Positions 14,901 through 28,143 of a stretch of DNA of 64,000 nucleotides are shown one piece after another. Both the position numbers and the translations under genes were made by a program. The notes beneath the pieces were generated by a model that saw only the letters and a list, made by a program, of their open reading frames with translations, was not told the origin of the DNA and did not search any database. This DNA is from the human T2T-CHM13v2.0 reference genome, Homo sapiens. Numbering within the stretch: the stretch's first letter is position 1; every line of letters starts with the position of its first letter. Where the stretch lies: the NCBI RefSeq assembly GCF_009914755.1, contig NC_060925.1, one strand, 5' to 3'.

Positions 14901-16423
14901 GTTGAGAGTAGAGTGGGAATGGCAAGAAGTAGTATGACAGAGCTTCTTCTCTTTTTTTCCCCTCTTTACCAGGAAGTTAACTAGAAGTCCTCATGCATGT
15001 TTTTAAAACAAAGTTGGTAATTAGCATAACCTAGTTAGTTACCTTTACACAGAGAGAATTAAAAAGTTGACAAGCCCATCAGACCTCAGCCAGGAGGTAC
15101 TGAAAGGAGGGAGACCAGTGAGTTTAGACCAATAGGTGGGTTAGGCCTCCTGAATGCCAGCCTAGAAGTTTAGACTTGATTCTATAGGCTCTGGGGTACC
15201 TACAAGTTTGTAGTCGGAGCCTTGGGAATTGAATGTTACATAGGAACTTTCACTGGTTCCAGCTAGCCTTGGCTGTTAGCAATTACTTTTATCTACTTTA
15301 ACAGGGGGGACAGAGTAGGGGGGCAGGAAACTAAGCTGGCATTATGGTCACAGGAAAGAACAGACTGATTTGGAGCCTTTCAAACTGCAGACCTTTGTTA
15401 CTGACCGATGCTTAATTTGGTTTCTGGGTTTTGTTAGTTTTTTCCCCTGCCCTTACCTCATTTACCTTAATGACAGCTCCCCCCTCTAGAGCTCAGCTAG
15501 GGCAGGCTGCCACTGCGGATTGGGGGGCCAAGAGGCCCAGCGCAAGAAGAAAGTGGGTTGAAAGCAGAGTTCTGTTCAAAGAATTTTCTGCTGGAAACTA
15601 GCCCAGAGGGAGTAAAGAGGAGCTTTAATGAGGAGCAGCTTCAGTGCCGACGCAACCCACATGAGACTTTTTTTTCCCCTTCGTTCCACATTCTGTATAG
15701 TTTTTTTAAAAATCATGATTTTGAAATAGCTGTTTTGTAAAGCATGCCTCTCTTTTTCTTCTTGTATGTGGTGGGATTTTGCTTTGTTGTTGTTGTTGTT
15801 TTTTTTTGAATGGCCAAATCCTCGTTTTAAAAAAAAAAAAAAAAAAAAAAAGCTAAAGACAGAGCTGCAGCAAAGCCCTGGATGCAATTTGGCCTCACCC
15901 TGCTGATACAGAACATTCGGTGGAGAAAACAAGGGGAGAGAACACTGGCTTTTATTTGGAAAAGGGGCTTATTTCCTGCTCAGACTTCAGTCATCTTGGA
16001 GCTGACACAAGCTGCTACACTGTTTTAAGCTTTTCTGTAGACGAGTGGCTATTCACTTAGGAAACGTGAAAGAACAAATTTTTCTGTCCTGTATTACTAG
16101 GGAGACTGATCCTGAACTGTAGCCATTGCCAGATAGATTGGAATTGCTATTCAGATCCCAGCTTCGTTGAAATCTGTAAAGTGGCTACATGTAAACTAAT
16201 CCAGGCTGCTAGTGAGATGTGAGGGTTGGGGTCTGGTTTTCATCTGCTTAAGTGAGAGGAAACTGTAGGGGTATCCTTCAAATGGAATGTTTTCTAGTTC
16301 CATTAGGAGGAATCCCTTGTTTTTCTCTGTTTTCTTCCTTCCTTTGCTTTTCTACATCCAACCCCATGCGTATGTTTGAACAGTAACAATGGAAATGTGG
16401 ACCTCTCAATGTCAGAAATGACA

Positions 16424-16560
16424 CTTTTTTTTTTTTGAGATGGGGTTCTCACCATGTTGCCCGTGTTGTCTAGGCAGGTCTCGAACTTCTGCTCTAGCAA
16501 TCTGCTTGCCTTGGCCTCCCACAGTGCTGGGATTACAGGTGTGAGCCACTGTGCCCAGCT
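16424..16560 (-). mobile_element. Alu monomer (FLAM/AluJ left arm)
   Basis: poly(T) followed by a single reverse Alu arm. Confidence 0.85.
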
Positions 16561-18759
16561 GAGACTTTTAAAGAAAAAGTCATAAATACATCTTTATGGA
16601 CCTGGTAAGTATTCAGATTAGTTTATGGAGTTTAAAATGGAAAAATGCTCCCCAAACCTTTCTCTGTATTCACAACCTCATCTGCGAAGTATGTTCTTTC
16701 AGAGTTCAATGCTAGAGAAGAGAGAGTAAGTAAAAGTCACTGAGAGACATTGAAGAGACAGTTATGAAAATAATTAATAAACTCCCTACAGGAGGGAAAC
16801 ATTCATATAGTTTTGCGGATGAAAGGCATCTGTTAGATTTTTGTGGTTATTTTTTAGAATATACACCTTTAGTTCAAGTGGTAGACTATTTTCCAAAATG
16901 TGTGCTGGGTAGCTTAATGGAATTATAGATATGTAAGGGGTGTTGGGTGTTTAGCCATGTTTTCACTCTCTAACCAAATTCAACTTTAGCCATCTCAAGA
17001 AGACAGCTATTTAAGCCCTTGTTTTCAAGCAGAGAACCTTACTTTCCACCAAGACTAACAGAGTATATTTTCTCCTTATACCACAGTTGAACAGGGATTT
17101 GCAAGTTGAAAGATCTCCTGCCTTAGGAAACAAGGGTCTGTTATTTCTGACTGTCTTACCTATTACTCCCCTTTCTTCCCATGTCCATAATGCTGCTTAG
17201 CTTCCTGGGGTGTGAAGGATAATTCTGTACCTCAGGATGACTATTAGGTTGATTTGGCCTGTTATTCTACCAGGCAGATCACAGAGTAGAGATGGATTTT
17301 GTGGAACATTTGGATTGAGAGACTGACTTTATCCATCACATGAAATTTAGCCTGCTATGGAACCAGCTGCTTAGTGGGGTTTAGGTACTCAGGTATTCAG
17401 GGAACCTACACCAAGGGTTCAAGACAGGCTCTTCCCCACAAAAACTATCTAGATGGGAGTTTGAGAAAGGTACAGCAAAGACATAACAGTGGCTTAAATA
17501 AAGAAGAACCATACCAGTGGAGACAATGTAGTGCATGACATGGCACTACATCTGCTGTTGGAAGGATCAGAGACAGGTGGGATGATTTGTAGAAGGCTTA
17601 CTATAGGACAGGTTTACAGCAGATTTTTGAAAAAAGGGTGGAAGAAAGGAACCTAAGTTGGAGATATACCAGAAGGGAAGCATGATGTTTCTCACTGGAA
17701 ATTAAAAAGATTTTAATATAGGGGACAGTAAACAAGATTGTGGAAATAATATGGAGTGTTCGAGTTATGGATTACTAAAGAGTAAGATGGTTAGATGATT
17801 GGAATGGGACAGACAGGCAGATCAGAGATTGTAAAGAACTTGGATTTGAAAGGCTTGGTATTAATACTGTTGCTAGTTTCTGAGCAGAAGAATGACATGA
17901 AAATTATGCTTAGGAAAGATTATTCTTTTAGTCATATGCTTAGGTTCAGCAAGGAATTTCCAGACTGTCCTTAGGGAGAGGAGAGGTATGGATAGGATGC
18001 TGGTCCATTTAGGATGTTAGAGCTGATTGAATAGGTGCTAGTCTTGGGGCAAGACTTAGTCATACACTTTCAGTTAAGTACTGTTTCATTGCAAGGTCTA
18101 GGTGAAGATAGGGATATATTTGTAAAACTGGGGAAATTGCTAGATTCACAGATAACCAACTTTGGGTAGATCAGTTAGCTTTGGTGTCCTTTTCAGTGCT
18201 ATAGGGGTTCAGACCATTTGGTTTCTGAGATCACTGCTGAAATTCTGTGATTGTATGAGTATAATGTAAAAGTTGTCTCAATCAAGGAAACTTGGAGTAA
18301 AGACTCAATATGATGGATTTAAAAGGAATGAATGATAGTTCCAATTATTGGGTTCAAAAAACATGTGCTACAAGTATAAGATGAGAAAAATAGGGTACAC
18401 TAGTAGTTCATGTGAAATAAGGCTCTGAATATTTTAGCTGAGTGTGTATTCCATAGCACATAGTAGTATTTTGTGGCTTCTAAAAAAGTACACATATCCA
18501 TTGGGTATGAGTCGGAGCATTATTCTTTCTTGAACTGCGCTCTCACGATGCCTCCTCAGTTTAAGAACTTACTCTGAAATAGTAAAAGCATAGTGTCCAG
18601 ATCAGGAGGTCATGGTTCAGCTCTGTGCTGCACTGGTAAGAACATGTGTTAAGCCTTTTTCCATTTTGAGCCTCACTTTTTAAAGAGGTTTTTGATGAAC
18701 TGGAGTCATCCAGTGATGGGGAGGCAGGATAGCCTAGTGTTGAAGCACACGCACTCTAG

Positions 18760-19098
<339 letters not shown>

Positions 19099-19544
19099 CT
19101 TAGCTGTAAAATCTTAATCTTTCTAAGCTTCGAGTTCCTCATATATAAAATGGAGATTATAATATAGCACTGGAGCGAGTAATACAAGAGACAATAGCTA
19201 TCAAATGCTTAGCAAATATACAATACATAGTTAAGTACTTAGAAAATATGTTTTCAGTTACTTCGGGTATATACCTGGGAAGGGAGGCAGAAAATTTTGG
19301 TCATTCTGATTATTATTACTACTATTAAGCATAGAAGCACCACTAAAAAGGTGAAGAAGCCTGGAAATAACCCTATACTGAGGAATACGCCAAACCATTG
19401 AATCCTGGAAAAAAGAAAACAAAAGGCCCACATAACTATCTTCAGATTCTTGAAGGGCTACGTGTAAGAGAAGCAGAAGGCTTGTTCTTTTTTGTTCTAG
19501 AGGGTAGAGATAACCTGGAAATTGTAGAGAGACAAAGTTTGTTC

Positions 19545-20062
19545 TTTTCAAAGTTAAGACATAATTTATGTATCATAAAATTTACCCTTTTAAAGTGTTT
19601 AATTTAGTAGACTTTAGTATTTCCAGAGTTATGAGACCACCACCATTATCTAATTTCGAAACATTTTTATCACCCTGAAAGAAATTCTCTACTGCTTAGT
19701 AGTCACTGTCTATTTCCCTTTCTTTACAGCTCCTGGCAACACTAATCTACTTTCTATCTCTACGGATTTGCATATTCTGGACATTTCATATAAATGGAAT
19801 TATATAATATGTGGCCTTTTGTGTGTGGCTTCTTTCACTTAGCATGTTTTCAAGGTTCATCCATGTTGTAGCATGTATCAGAATGTCATTCCTTTTCATG
19901 GCCACATATTTCATTTATGGATATACCACATTTTATTTATCTGTTCATCAGCTTATAGGCATTTGGGTTGTTTCTACTTTTTAGCTATTATGAATAATGC
20001 TGCTATGAACATTTTTATTATGTGGGCATATGTTTTCAGTTATCTCGGGTATATACCTAGGA
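19545..20062 (-). mobile_element. Old L1M (L1MB-like) 3' end
   Basis: Motifs ctggacatttcatataaatggaat and ttcaaggttcatccatgttgtagca. Confidence 0.85.
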
Positions 20063-22216
20063 AGGGAGGCAGAATTTGAAGAATTAAGAAAGAGCTTTCT
20101 CACAGTGGAATCCACCCACATTGAAGACTGTTCTTTTGTTGAAGTAGTCAGCCAGTAATTTCACTTAACAAATGCATAGTGTTTACTATGTGCTGGATAG
20201 TGTTCTAAGTGCTTTACCCTTATTTAAAAATCCTATGAAGTAGGCACTGTTATTACATCTCTTTTACAACAGGGAAGTTTAGTACCTTGCCCAAGATTAC
20301 ACATTGAGTAAATGGTGGAGTTGGGATTGAAATCCAGGTGGTCTGGTTCCAGAGTCTGTACTCTTAAGAGCAGAACAATAATAACTCCAAGCATTTATTA
20401 AATTCTCAAGATTTATCCGGCACCATGCTACATGCTTGTATTCAAGCAGAGGCTGGTGATCATCTTTTAGAAATATTTTAGAAATGATTACTTAATTGGA
20501 TAGAAATTAAATTTCTTGAATCTGAAGGTTCTGTTATTCCAAGGATGGCTGGAAATGGGGGAAAAGCCAGCAACAAGATGATGTCTGGCCTGAGGCTTTT
20601 AAGATGATCAGAATTTGTATCAAAAAGGAAACTGTGAACACGAATGATAAGTATTATAGGAATTCAGTTAACAAGTCTTGTCAGAATGTGGTAATAAATT
20701 ATATACAACTTAAAGAGATGAAGTTACTTTAAATTGTGTGTGGAAGCCTTAGAAAAATTGAATAATTAAAGTTTCTTGGGAAGATGATCTCCTTTTACAA
20801 ATGTTTAGTTTCAAATAGTGGCAGCACATATTAGGATAGAGAGATGACTTCTAGAAAACTGAACATATGGGACTGGAACAGTGTATTTTGGAGTCAGTTA
20901 CAGGAAGGAAGTTGTTTAAAACCAAGTGAACAACAGTAACAAATGCATTTGAGAGAAAGAGCAGTGCAGTCCAGACTTAAACGTTAGGGTGGCCATAATA
21001 TATGGGGAAGAAGGAGAAATCAGCAATCCAGACTAAGACTTCACTGGGTTTTGAGTTAGACAGAGGGAGTCATAGAAGCCAAGGTAAAATGATTAAAACG
21101 GTACATGGAGTGGTTAGCAATTCTCCCTATAGGAGAGAGAATTTCCTTATGAAGTTTCAGATGAGACCACTGAACTTGACTAGAGGAAAGTCATTGTTTT
21201 TAGAAAACAGTTTCTAAGCAATAATTAGAATTAAAGTTTTGTTGCAGAGGGATAAGTAAGAAGTAGATGGAAAAGAAAGAGAAATATCTGAAATTAGGCT
21301 ACAGTCATAGAAGGTTAGCTGTGAAACAATAATTTGGAAAGGTAAATGGGACCTCATGAAAGTGTGGGTTAAAAGAGACTTGTATATCTTCTAAGGTAAA
21401 AGTAAAGAACTAAGCTGATGTCCAGCCCTCTAAAACATTTTAAATAGAAATCAAACTTTATTAATACAGTAGGTCTAGTTTCACATAAAGCAAATATATG
21501 GTTCTGTACACCGGCTTTAGGAGAGTAAGTCTGTTGTACCTCATATGTAAGTATTATCCCATTTAGAGGAAAACCCTAAGTCTTTCTTTACAGTGGCTTA
21601 AAGGCCCCAATTGATCCACATCCCAGTTACAGCTCTCATCTATTTTCTGCTGCTCCAGATATTCTTGCTGTTTCTCAAACACGCTAGGGCTGCTCTCTGT
21701 GTTATGGCCTTTGCATTTGCTGTTCCCTTTCTCATGAATGTGTTTCCCTAAGATACCTGCATGATTACTCTCACCTTATTTAGGTCTCAACTCAAGTATT
21801 GTCAGTGAAGGTCTTCTCTGATTTTCCTATTCTAAACTGAGATACTTCTCTTTGCTCACCCCACACCCTCATCCCCAGTTCCATTCCATTCCTTCCTGTT
21901 TAATTTTTTTTCACAGCACTTAACTCCATCTATTGTGCATCTTTTACTTAGTAATTTTGTTTTCGTCTTCAGCTATTAGAATGTAAACTCCAAGAGTGTA
22001 AGAATTTTTCTGCCAGGACTCAAAAGGACATGGGAGTACGTGGTTAAGTTCTCTAAGGACTCTTTCTTCTAAAGGGAAGCAGTTTTATAGGTGGTACTTG
22101 TAGGTCTGTTGATTCACAATCTCGTGCTTTCTTGATTGGACTGTATTGTTTTACTGTAATTTTTTGGACTTACAAGAAGTCAGGTGTTTTCATGGACTCT
22201 TCTCTTTTCCATACAG

Positions 22217-22476
22217 ATGTCCAGAAGGCTTCTTGGGGGAATATTGTCAACATCGAGACCCCTGTGAGAAGAACCGCTGCCAGAATGGTGGGACTTGTGT
22301 GGCCCAGGCCATGCTGGGGAAAGCCACGTGCCGGTGTGCCTCAGGGTTTACAGGAGAGGACTGCCAGTACTCGACACCTCATCCATGCTTTGTGTCTCGA
22401 CCTTGCCTGAATGGCGGCACATGCCATATGCTCAGCCGGGATACCTATGAGTGCACCTGTCAAGTCGGGTTTACAG
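22217..22476 (+). CDS. NOTCH2NLR: NOTCH2NL exon 3 (end of EGF1, EGF2, most of EGF3): [10 protein letters not shown]...TCQVGFT
   Basis: atacag|ATGTCC acceptor, ACAG|gtaact donor, 260 nt; overlaps ORF 22146..22484. Confidence 0.97.
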
Positions 22477-22717
22477 GTAACTAATGAGACCAAAGCCAGT
22501 GCTTCCCTACCTTCAGCAGATACCTTTATTTAGCATCTTTTAGATCATGGTGTCTGGCTCTTAAATGTCCCCCAGCTCTGGTGCACATTTAACATTATGA
22601 TAAGGAACTGGGATGTTCCAGACAACTATCCCTAACTTCCTTTTAAGAGTTTCAGGGGGCAGAGAAAGAGAAAGAAAAAGGACCAAATACTTTGACTGCT
22701 TAAAGTATATATGTCAG

Positions 22718-23053
<336 letters not shown>

Positions 23054-24330
23054 TTACTTCACTAAAAGAAATAAGTACACTGTCACCAGAGGAAAAGTTG
23101 CTGATGTTATTGACTATTTGCTTTTAGAAATCTCCCTCCCTAGACATTCAGGGCACTGGCTTTTCTGGTTTTCTGAACCCTGTTCCTTTTGCTTCTTCAT
23201 TACCTTGTTCTTATCCATTAAATGTTTGTGCTCCCTGGAGCACTGTTTTGCGCCCTCTTTTGAGCCACATCACAGCTCTCCCTAGGGAATTTCACTGTCT
23301 GTATTCGCCTCCACTGCCACTGTCTTCATTAGCTTGCTGATGAATCTCACCATCATTCCCTTAGCTCCACCCAACCCTGACATTCAGGCTCATGTTTCTA
23401 GCTATCCTTTGTATGTTCTCCTTGGAGATATTCTACAGGTACTTTCAGCTCACCTTGTTGACAGAAATACGTAGCAACCATGTACATCCCAAATACCCAC
23501 GCTAGAAACTCCCTGTCCCTTGTTCTGACCTCATTTCAACTCAGTCACCCAAGCCAACCTCTGAGTTGCCTTTCACCTGTCTATTCCTCCCATTTCCTCT
23601 GCTACCCTGTAGTTGAGGGCCATGTTATCTCTCACCTGGACTTCTGAAGTAGTTTCTGAATACGTTTTCTTGCCTTTATTCTCTCCCCATCTCATTCACC
23701 CATGATATTACTACATCTTTGATTATAAATGCAAATATTCTAACAATCTCACCTGCTTACAATGTCTAATATTTTTTCATCATCCGCAGAATAAACTGCA
23801 AACTCTTTTACATGACTTCCATAGCTCTCTACAGCCTAGACTTTACATCTTTTTATAGCCTGGCCTCCCCACAAGCATCTAGGCCTAGTCACACCAAATT
23901 CTCCTTATTTCCTGAAAATGTTGTACTTATTATTGCTTCCATACAGTTACACACCCTTTTGCCTGGAATGCCCTTTTCTACAACTGGTGATTGTCCAATG
24001 TTATTTAAAACTGTGTCTTAGTGACCCTTTCATGATTCCTTTAGGCAAATGGTCTCTAAGTTTTATTAGTTTTATGTATCACATTTTATTGTAATTTTTT
24101 TTACACATATCTCACCTGAATAGATTGTGGGTTTTTCTAGGTGGGTCTGAGCTTTATTCAAAAGTGTTTATTAAATTAGATGAGAAAAGGAGGAACATTC
24201 TTCATTTTTTCTCCTGCTTTAAGCACTAAACCAAGAGTTCTATAAATGCAATAAGCAAAAAAGTGAAAAATGTACTCAGAAGACTATACTGGATCAGTTA
24301 GTGTAGAATACTGTTATATTAATTTTTCAT

Positions 24331-24839
24331 TGTATTAGGGTTCTCTAGAGGGATGGAACTGATGGAATATATATGTATGTATATATATTCCAACCCAAAG
24401 TGTCTTGGTGGCAATCTTAATATATATATATTGGCAATCTTTATATATATATAAAGGAGAGTTTGTTAAGTATTAATTCACATGATCACAAGGTCCCACA
24501 ATAGGCTGTCTGCAGGCTGAGGAGCAAGGAGAGCCAGTCTGAGTTCCAAAACCGAAGAACTTGGGGTTCGATATTTGAGGGCAGGAAACATCCAGCACGG
24601 GAAAAAGATGTAGGCTGGGAGGCTAGGCCAGTCTCGCTTTTTCATGTTTTTCTGCCTGCTTTATATTTGCTGACAGATGATCAAATGGTGTCCATCCAGA
24701 TTAAGGGTGGGTCTGCCTTCCCCAGCCCACTGACTCAAATGTTAATCTCCTTTGGCAACACCTTCACAGACACACCCAAGATCAATACTTTGTATCCTTC
24801 AATTCAATCAAGTTGACACACTCAGTTTTAACCACCACA
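24331..24839 (-). mobile_element. MLT2A (HERV-L) 3' LTR
   Basis: Minus strand TGTGGTGGTTAAAACTGAGTG...AGAGAACCCTAATACA with TG..CA termini; preceded by purine tract GACAAGGGGTAGATT. Confidence 0.9.
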
Positions 24840-26304
24840 AATCTACCCCTTGTCAACTTGAACCCATACACATCTCCTGAGATCACACATAATCTTCAAA
24901 TAAAGACAATAATTAGGTCATAATTACACCTGATGTAGTACAACTATTCTTCGTACATCCGGAAACACACCAGTCCCCAACTGAAACACTCTTACATAAA
25001 GTTAACGATACTTAAATGCTGATGTGAAGTCAATAAATCTTATGTCACATGATAAAGGAGAAAGGAAATAAAATGAAGATATTTTCTTAGTACAAGTGTG
25101 TGCAAGCACAGACATGTTTTTAATAAAAGAAGGAGGAAATACTGAGGACAATTACAGTCCTCATTTCTGCAGCTGGTCACATGGTAGTAGGTGGTATTGA
25201 TGACTACCTTCTTCTACCCATTTTGTATTCCTTTTGCCTTCAGCAAACACCTCAGCAGGTTGTGTTTTTTTTTTTTTCCTGATGGAGAGGCCCAAACCTT
25301 CATTCATCCAGGCGGGACCATTTGTAGTCCCGCCTGGATTGGGCTGTTGTAGTTGCCCATTGACCTTAATCACAGGGCATGGTAATACTAAGAGACGCCC
25401 TAATGGATCTCCTGTATTCCATGAATACTCTTTCTTACCTCCGTTCTGGAGTAGTAGACTGATTTCATCTTGATAGCCTGGGTCTTGATAGCCTTGATGT
25501 CCCAGCCAACACTGTAACGCCTTTCTTAGCCTGTTTACTTAAAGGTAGGAACCCAAAGTGTCCTGGTGGCAATCTTAACTACCAGTTTAATGGAATTGTT
25601 GTTGTGTCTTCTGGTGGCAGCATTCCTCCCTCTGGAACTAAGACCTCTAGGCCAGCAGAACTTAATGTTGCGGGAACAGGAAGCAAACATTTTGCTAGTG
25701 GATCACTAGGGGTGATGGTGAGTGGTACCACTTCCATTTCCACCCCGTGATTCCTGGACCTGTGAATCCTGGCTATGGGAGAAGCAGTACCACATATTGG
25801 ACGCTGATTCAGAGCATACACAGCCTTCTTGAGAACTTTGCCCCAACCCTGCAAAGTATTCTCACCTAGTTGGCATTGTAATTGTGACTGCAAAAGGCCA
25901 TTCCACCGTTCTGCTTCAGGATGTTGGGGAACATGGTAAGACCAGTGAATTCCATGAGCCTGAGCCCACTGCTGCACTTCTTTAGCCATAAAGTGAATGC
26001 CTTGGTCAGAGGCAATGCTGTGTGGAATACCATGACAGTGGATAAGGCATTCCATGAGTCCGCGGATGGTAGTCTTGGCAGAACCATTGCATGCAGGATA
26101 GGCAAACCCATATCCAGAGTAAGTGTTTATTCCAGTAAGGACAAACGTCTGCCCTTTTCACAATGGAAGAAGTCCAACATAATCAACCTGCCACCAAGTA
26201 GCTGGCTGATCACCCTGAGGAATAGTGCCATATCAAAGGCGCAGTGTTGGTTTCTGCTGCTGGCAAATTGGGCACTCTGCGGTGGCAGTAGCCAGGTCAG
26301 CTTT
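24840..26304 (-). mobile_element. HERV-L internal 3' part: degenerate integrase (Zn-finger end + core) and dUTPase
   Basis: ECPICQQQKPTL, IPHSIASDQG, WSYHVP..PEAERWNGLL and VLVPEGGMLPP peptides in broken minus-strand ORFs. Confidence 0.92.
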
Positions 26305-26544
26305 CCACCGGCCCATCTTGTTTTCTGCACTGGGAAGGTGGGGCATGAGCACAAATGTTAGGACCTGAAAGGTGGTGAACTCTGCCTGGGCAGGGCAAAG
26401 CCAGAGGAAACTCTGGTGGAGGTCCGTAGCAGTCCTGATGTGCAAATCGGTCATCCAACCTGGGTGTAGGGGCGAAAGACTAATTGAACCATCTAGTAGC
26501 TGGTTCCCTCCAAAGTTTCCCTCGGGATAGCTGGCACTCTCGCA
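26305..26544 (+). pseudogene. 28S rRNA fragment (~240 nt, diverged, CpG-decayed)
   Basis: ttaggacc.gaaag.tggtgaact.tgcctgggcaggg...gccagaggaaactctggtggaggtccgtagc...ggggcgaaagactaat.gaaccatctagtagctggttccctcc.aagtttccctc.ggatagctggc is conserved LSU core sequence. Confidence 0.95.
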
Positions 26545-26548
26545 AAAA

Positions 26549-26921
26549 CCCCACTCTTGGTACCAATTTACTGTATTAGTCCATTTTCACGCTGCTGATA
26601 AAGATATCCCCGAGACCGGGAAGAAAAGAGGTTTAATTGGACTTACAGTTCCATATGGCTGGGGAGGCCTCAGAATTATGGTGGGAGGCAAAAGGCACTT
26701 CTTTCGTGGTGGTGGCAAGAGAAAATTAGGAAGAAGCAAAAGCAGAACCCCTGAGGAACCCATCAGATCTCATGAGACTTATTCACTATCATGAGAATAG
26801 CACAGGAAAGACTGGCCCCCATGATACAGTTACCCCACTGGGTCCCTCCCACAACACATGGGAATTCTGGGAGATACAATTCAAGTTGAGATTTGGGTGG
26901 GGACACTACCAAACCATATCA
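26549..26921 (-). mobile_element. THE1A (MaLR) 5' LTR (26572-26921) plus first ~23 nt of THE1-int
   Basis: Minus strand TGATATGGTTT...GGACTAATACA (350 bp) followed by GTAAATTGGTACCAAGAGTGGGG, the THE1 internal start. Confidence 0.92.
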
Positions 26922-27253
26922 TTCATCAAAAGGTGTTGGTGGGGTAGAGGGTAGTTAGGATGATCCATGATCTCCATCATGATGATGATGGTATTGATGA
27001 TGTAAGTCACTGAAAATATTTGGTGTTATAAGAATAATTTCTTCCTGATTGTCAGTTTTGAGTTGTTTTGCTATTAGGAGGCAAAGTAGGGGGGCATATA
27101 CCCACTTAAAATATTTCAATTCTGGCTAGTGGAAATGACAGTAATGCCTTCTTCATAATTAAAATGTCACTCTGAAATGGTCCCAAATTAAAACTTCTTC
27201 CTTGTTGTTAAGAAGGATCTCTTCTTGGTGTGTTCTGCAAGATTCTGATCACC

Positions 27254-27556
27254 TTTTTTTTTTTTTTTTTTTTTTTTGAGATGGAGTATTGCTTTGTCAT
27301 CCAGGCTGGAGTGCAGGGCGCAATCTCGGTTCACTGCAAGTTCCACCTCCCGGGTTCACGCCATTCTTCTGCCTCAGCCTCCTGAGTAGCTGGGACTACA
27401 GGCACCTACCGCCATGCCCGGCTAATTTTTGTATTTTTAGTAGAGATGGGCTTTCACCTTGTTAGCCAGAATGGTCTGGATCGCCTGACCTCATGATCCA
27501 CCCGCCTCGGCCTCCCAAAGTGCTGGGATTACAGGTGTGAGCCACCACACCGGGCC
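27254..27556 (-). mobile_element. AluY with TSD GATTCTGATCA
   Basis: Reverse Alu; direct repeat at 27241 and 27557. Confidence 0.95.
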
Positions 27557-27758
27557 GATTCTGATCATCTTTTATACATATGCTATTTTTGTCTATCACT
27601 TTAGGAATCATCACAGATCAAGGTCATCCTTTTGGTTTTTGTGATAGCACTATACCTCAGTCAGCTTACTAGCTCATCTCCACTCAGAGATGAAGAAGCA
27701 GAGGCAGCAAGTTAGTGCCTATACATAATATATATGGAAACCAAATTCAGGGTTGATT

Positions 27759-27778
27759 CTTTCTTTCTTTCTCCCTCC

Positions 27779-27836
<58 letters not shown>

Positions 27837-28143
27837 CTTTCTCTCTCTTTCCCTCTCTCTTTCTGTCTTTCTTTCTTCTCACTCTGTTGCTTAGTACAGT
27901 GGCGCAGTCTCGGCTCACTGCAACCTCCACCTCTTGGGTTCGAGTGATTCTTGTGCCTCAGCCTCCCAGGTAGCTGGGATTACAGGTATGCGCTATGAAG
28001 CCCGGCTAATTTTTGTATTTTTAGAAAAGATGGCGTTTCACCATGTTGGCCAGGCTGGTCTCAAACTCCTAACCACAAGTGATCTGCCCACCTCAGCCTC
28101 CCAAAGTGCTGGGATTACAGGCATCAGCCACCACTTCCGGCCC
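27759..28143 (-). mobile_element. AluS with tail expanded into a (CTTT)n microsatellite (~27759-27880)
   Basis: Reverse Alu preceded by a tetranucleotide array. Confidence 0.92.

Noticed and set aside
25579-26055. 158-aa integrase-like ORF as a domesticated gene
   Set aside because: Partial core with deletions and frameshifts on both sides.
26233-26454. 73-aa minus-strand ORF running from antisense 28S into the integrase Zn finger
   Set aside because: Short chance fusion; the integrase frame is broken immediately afterwards.
26305-26544. Functional rRNA gene
   Set aside because: Only ~240 nt, diverged with CpG decay, no rDNA context.
27712-27973. Low-complexity KERK/FLSF ORFs
   Set aside because: Translations of the (CTTT)n Alu tail.
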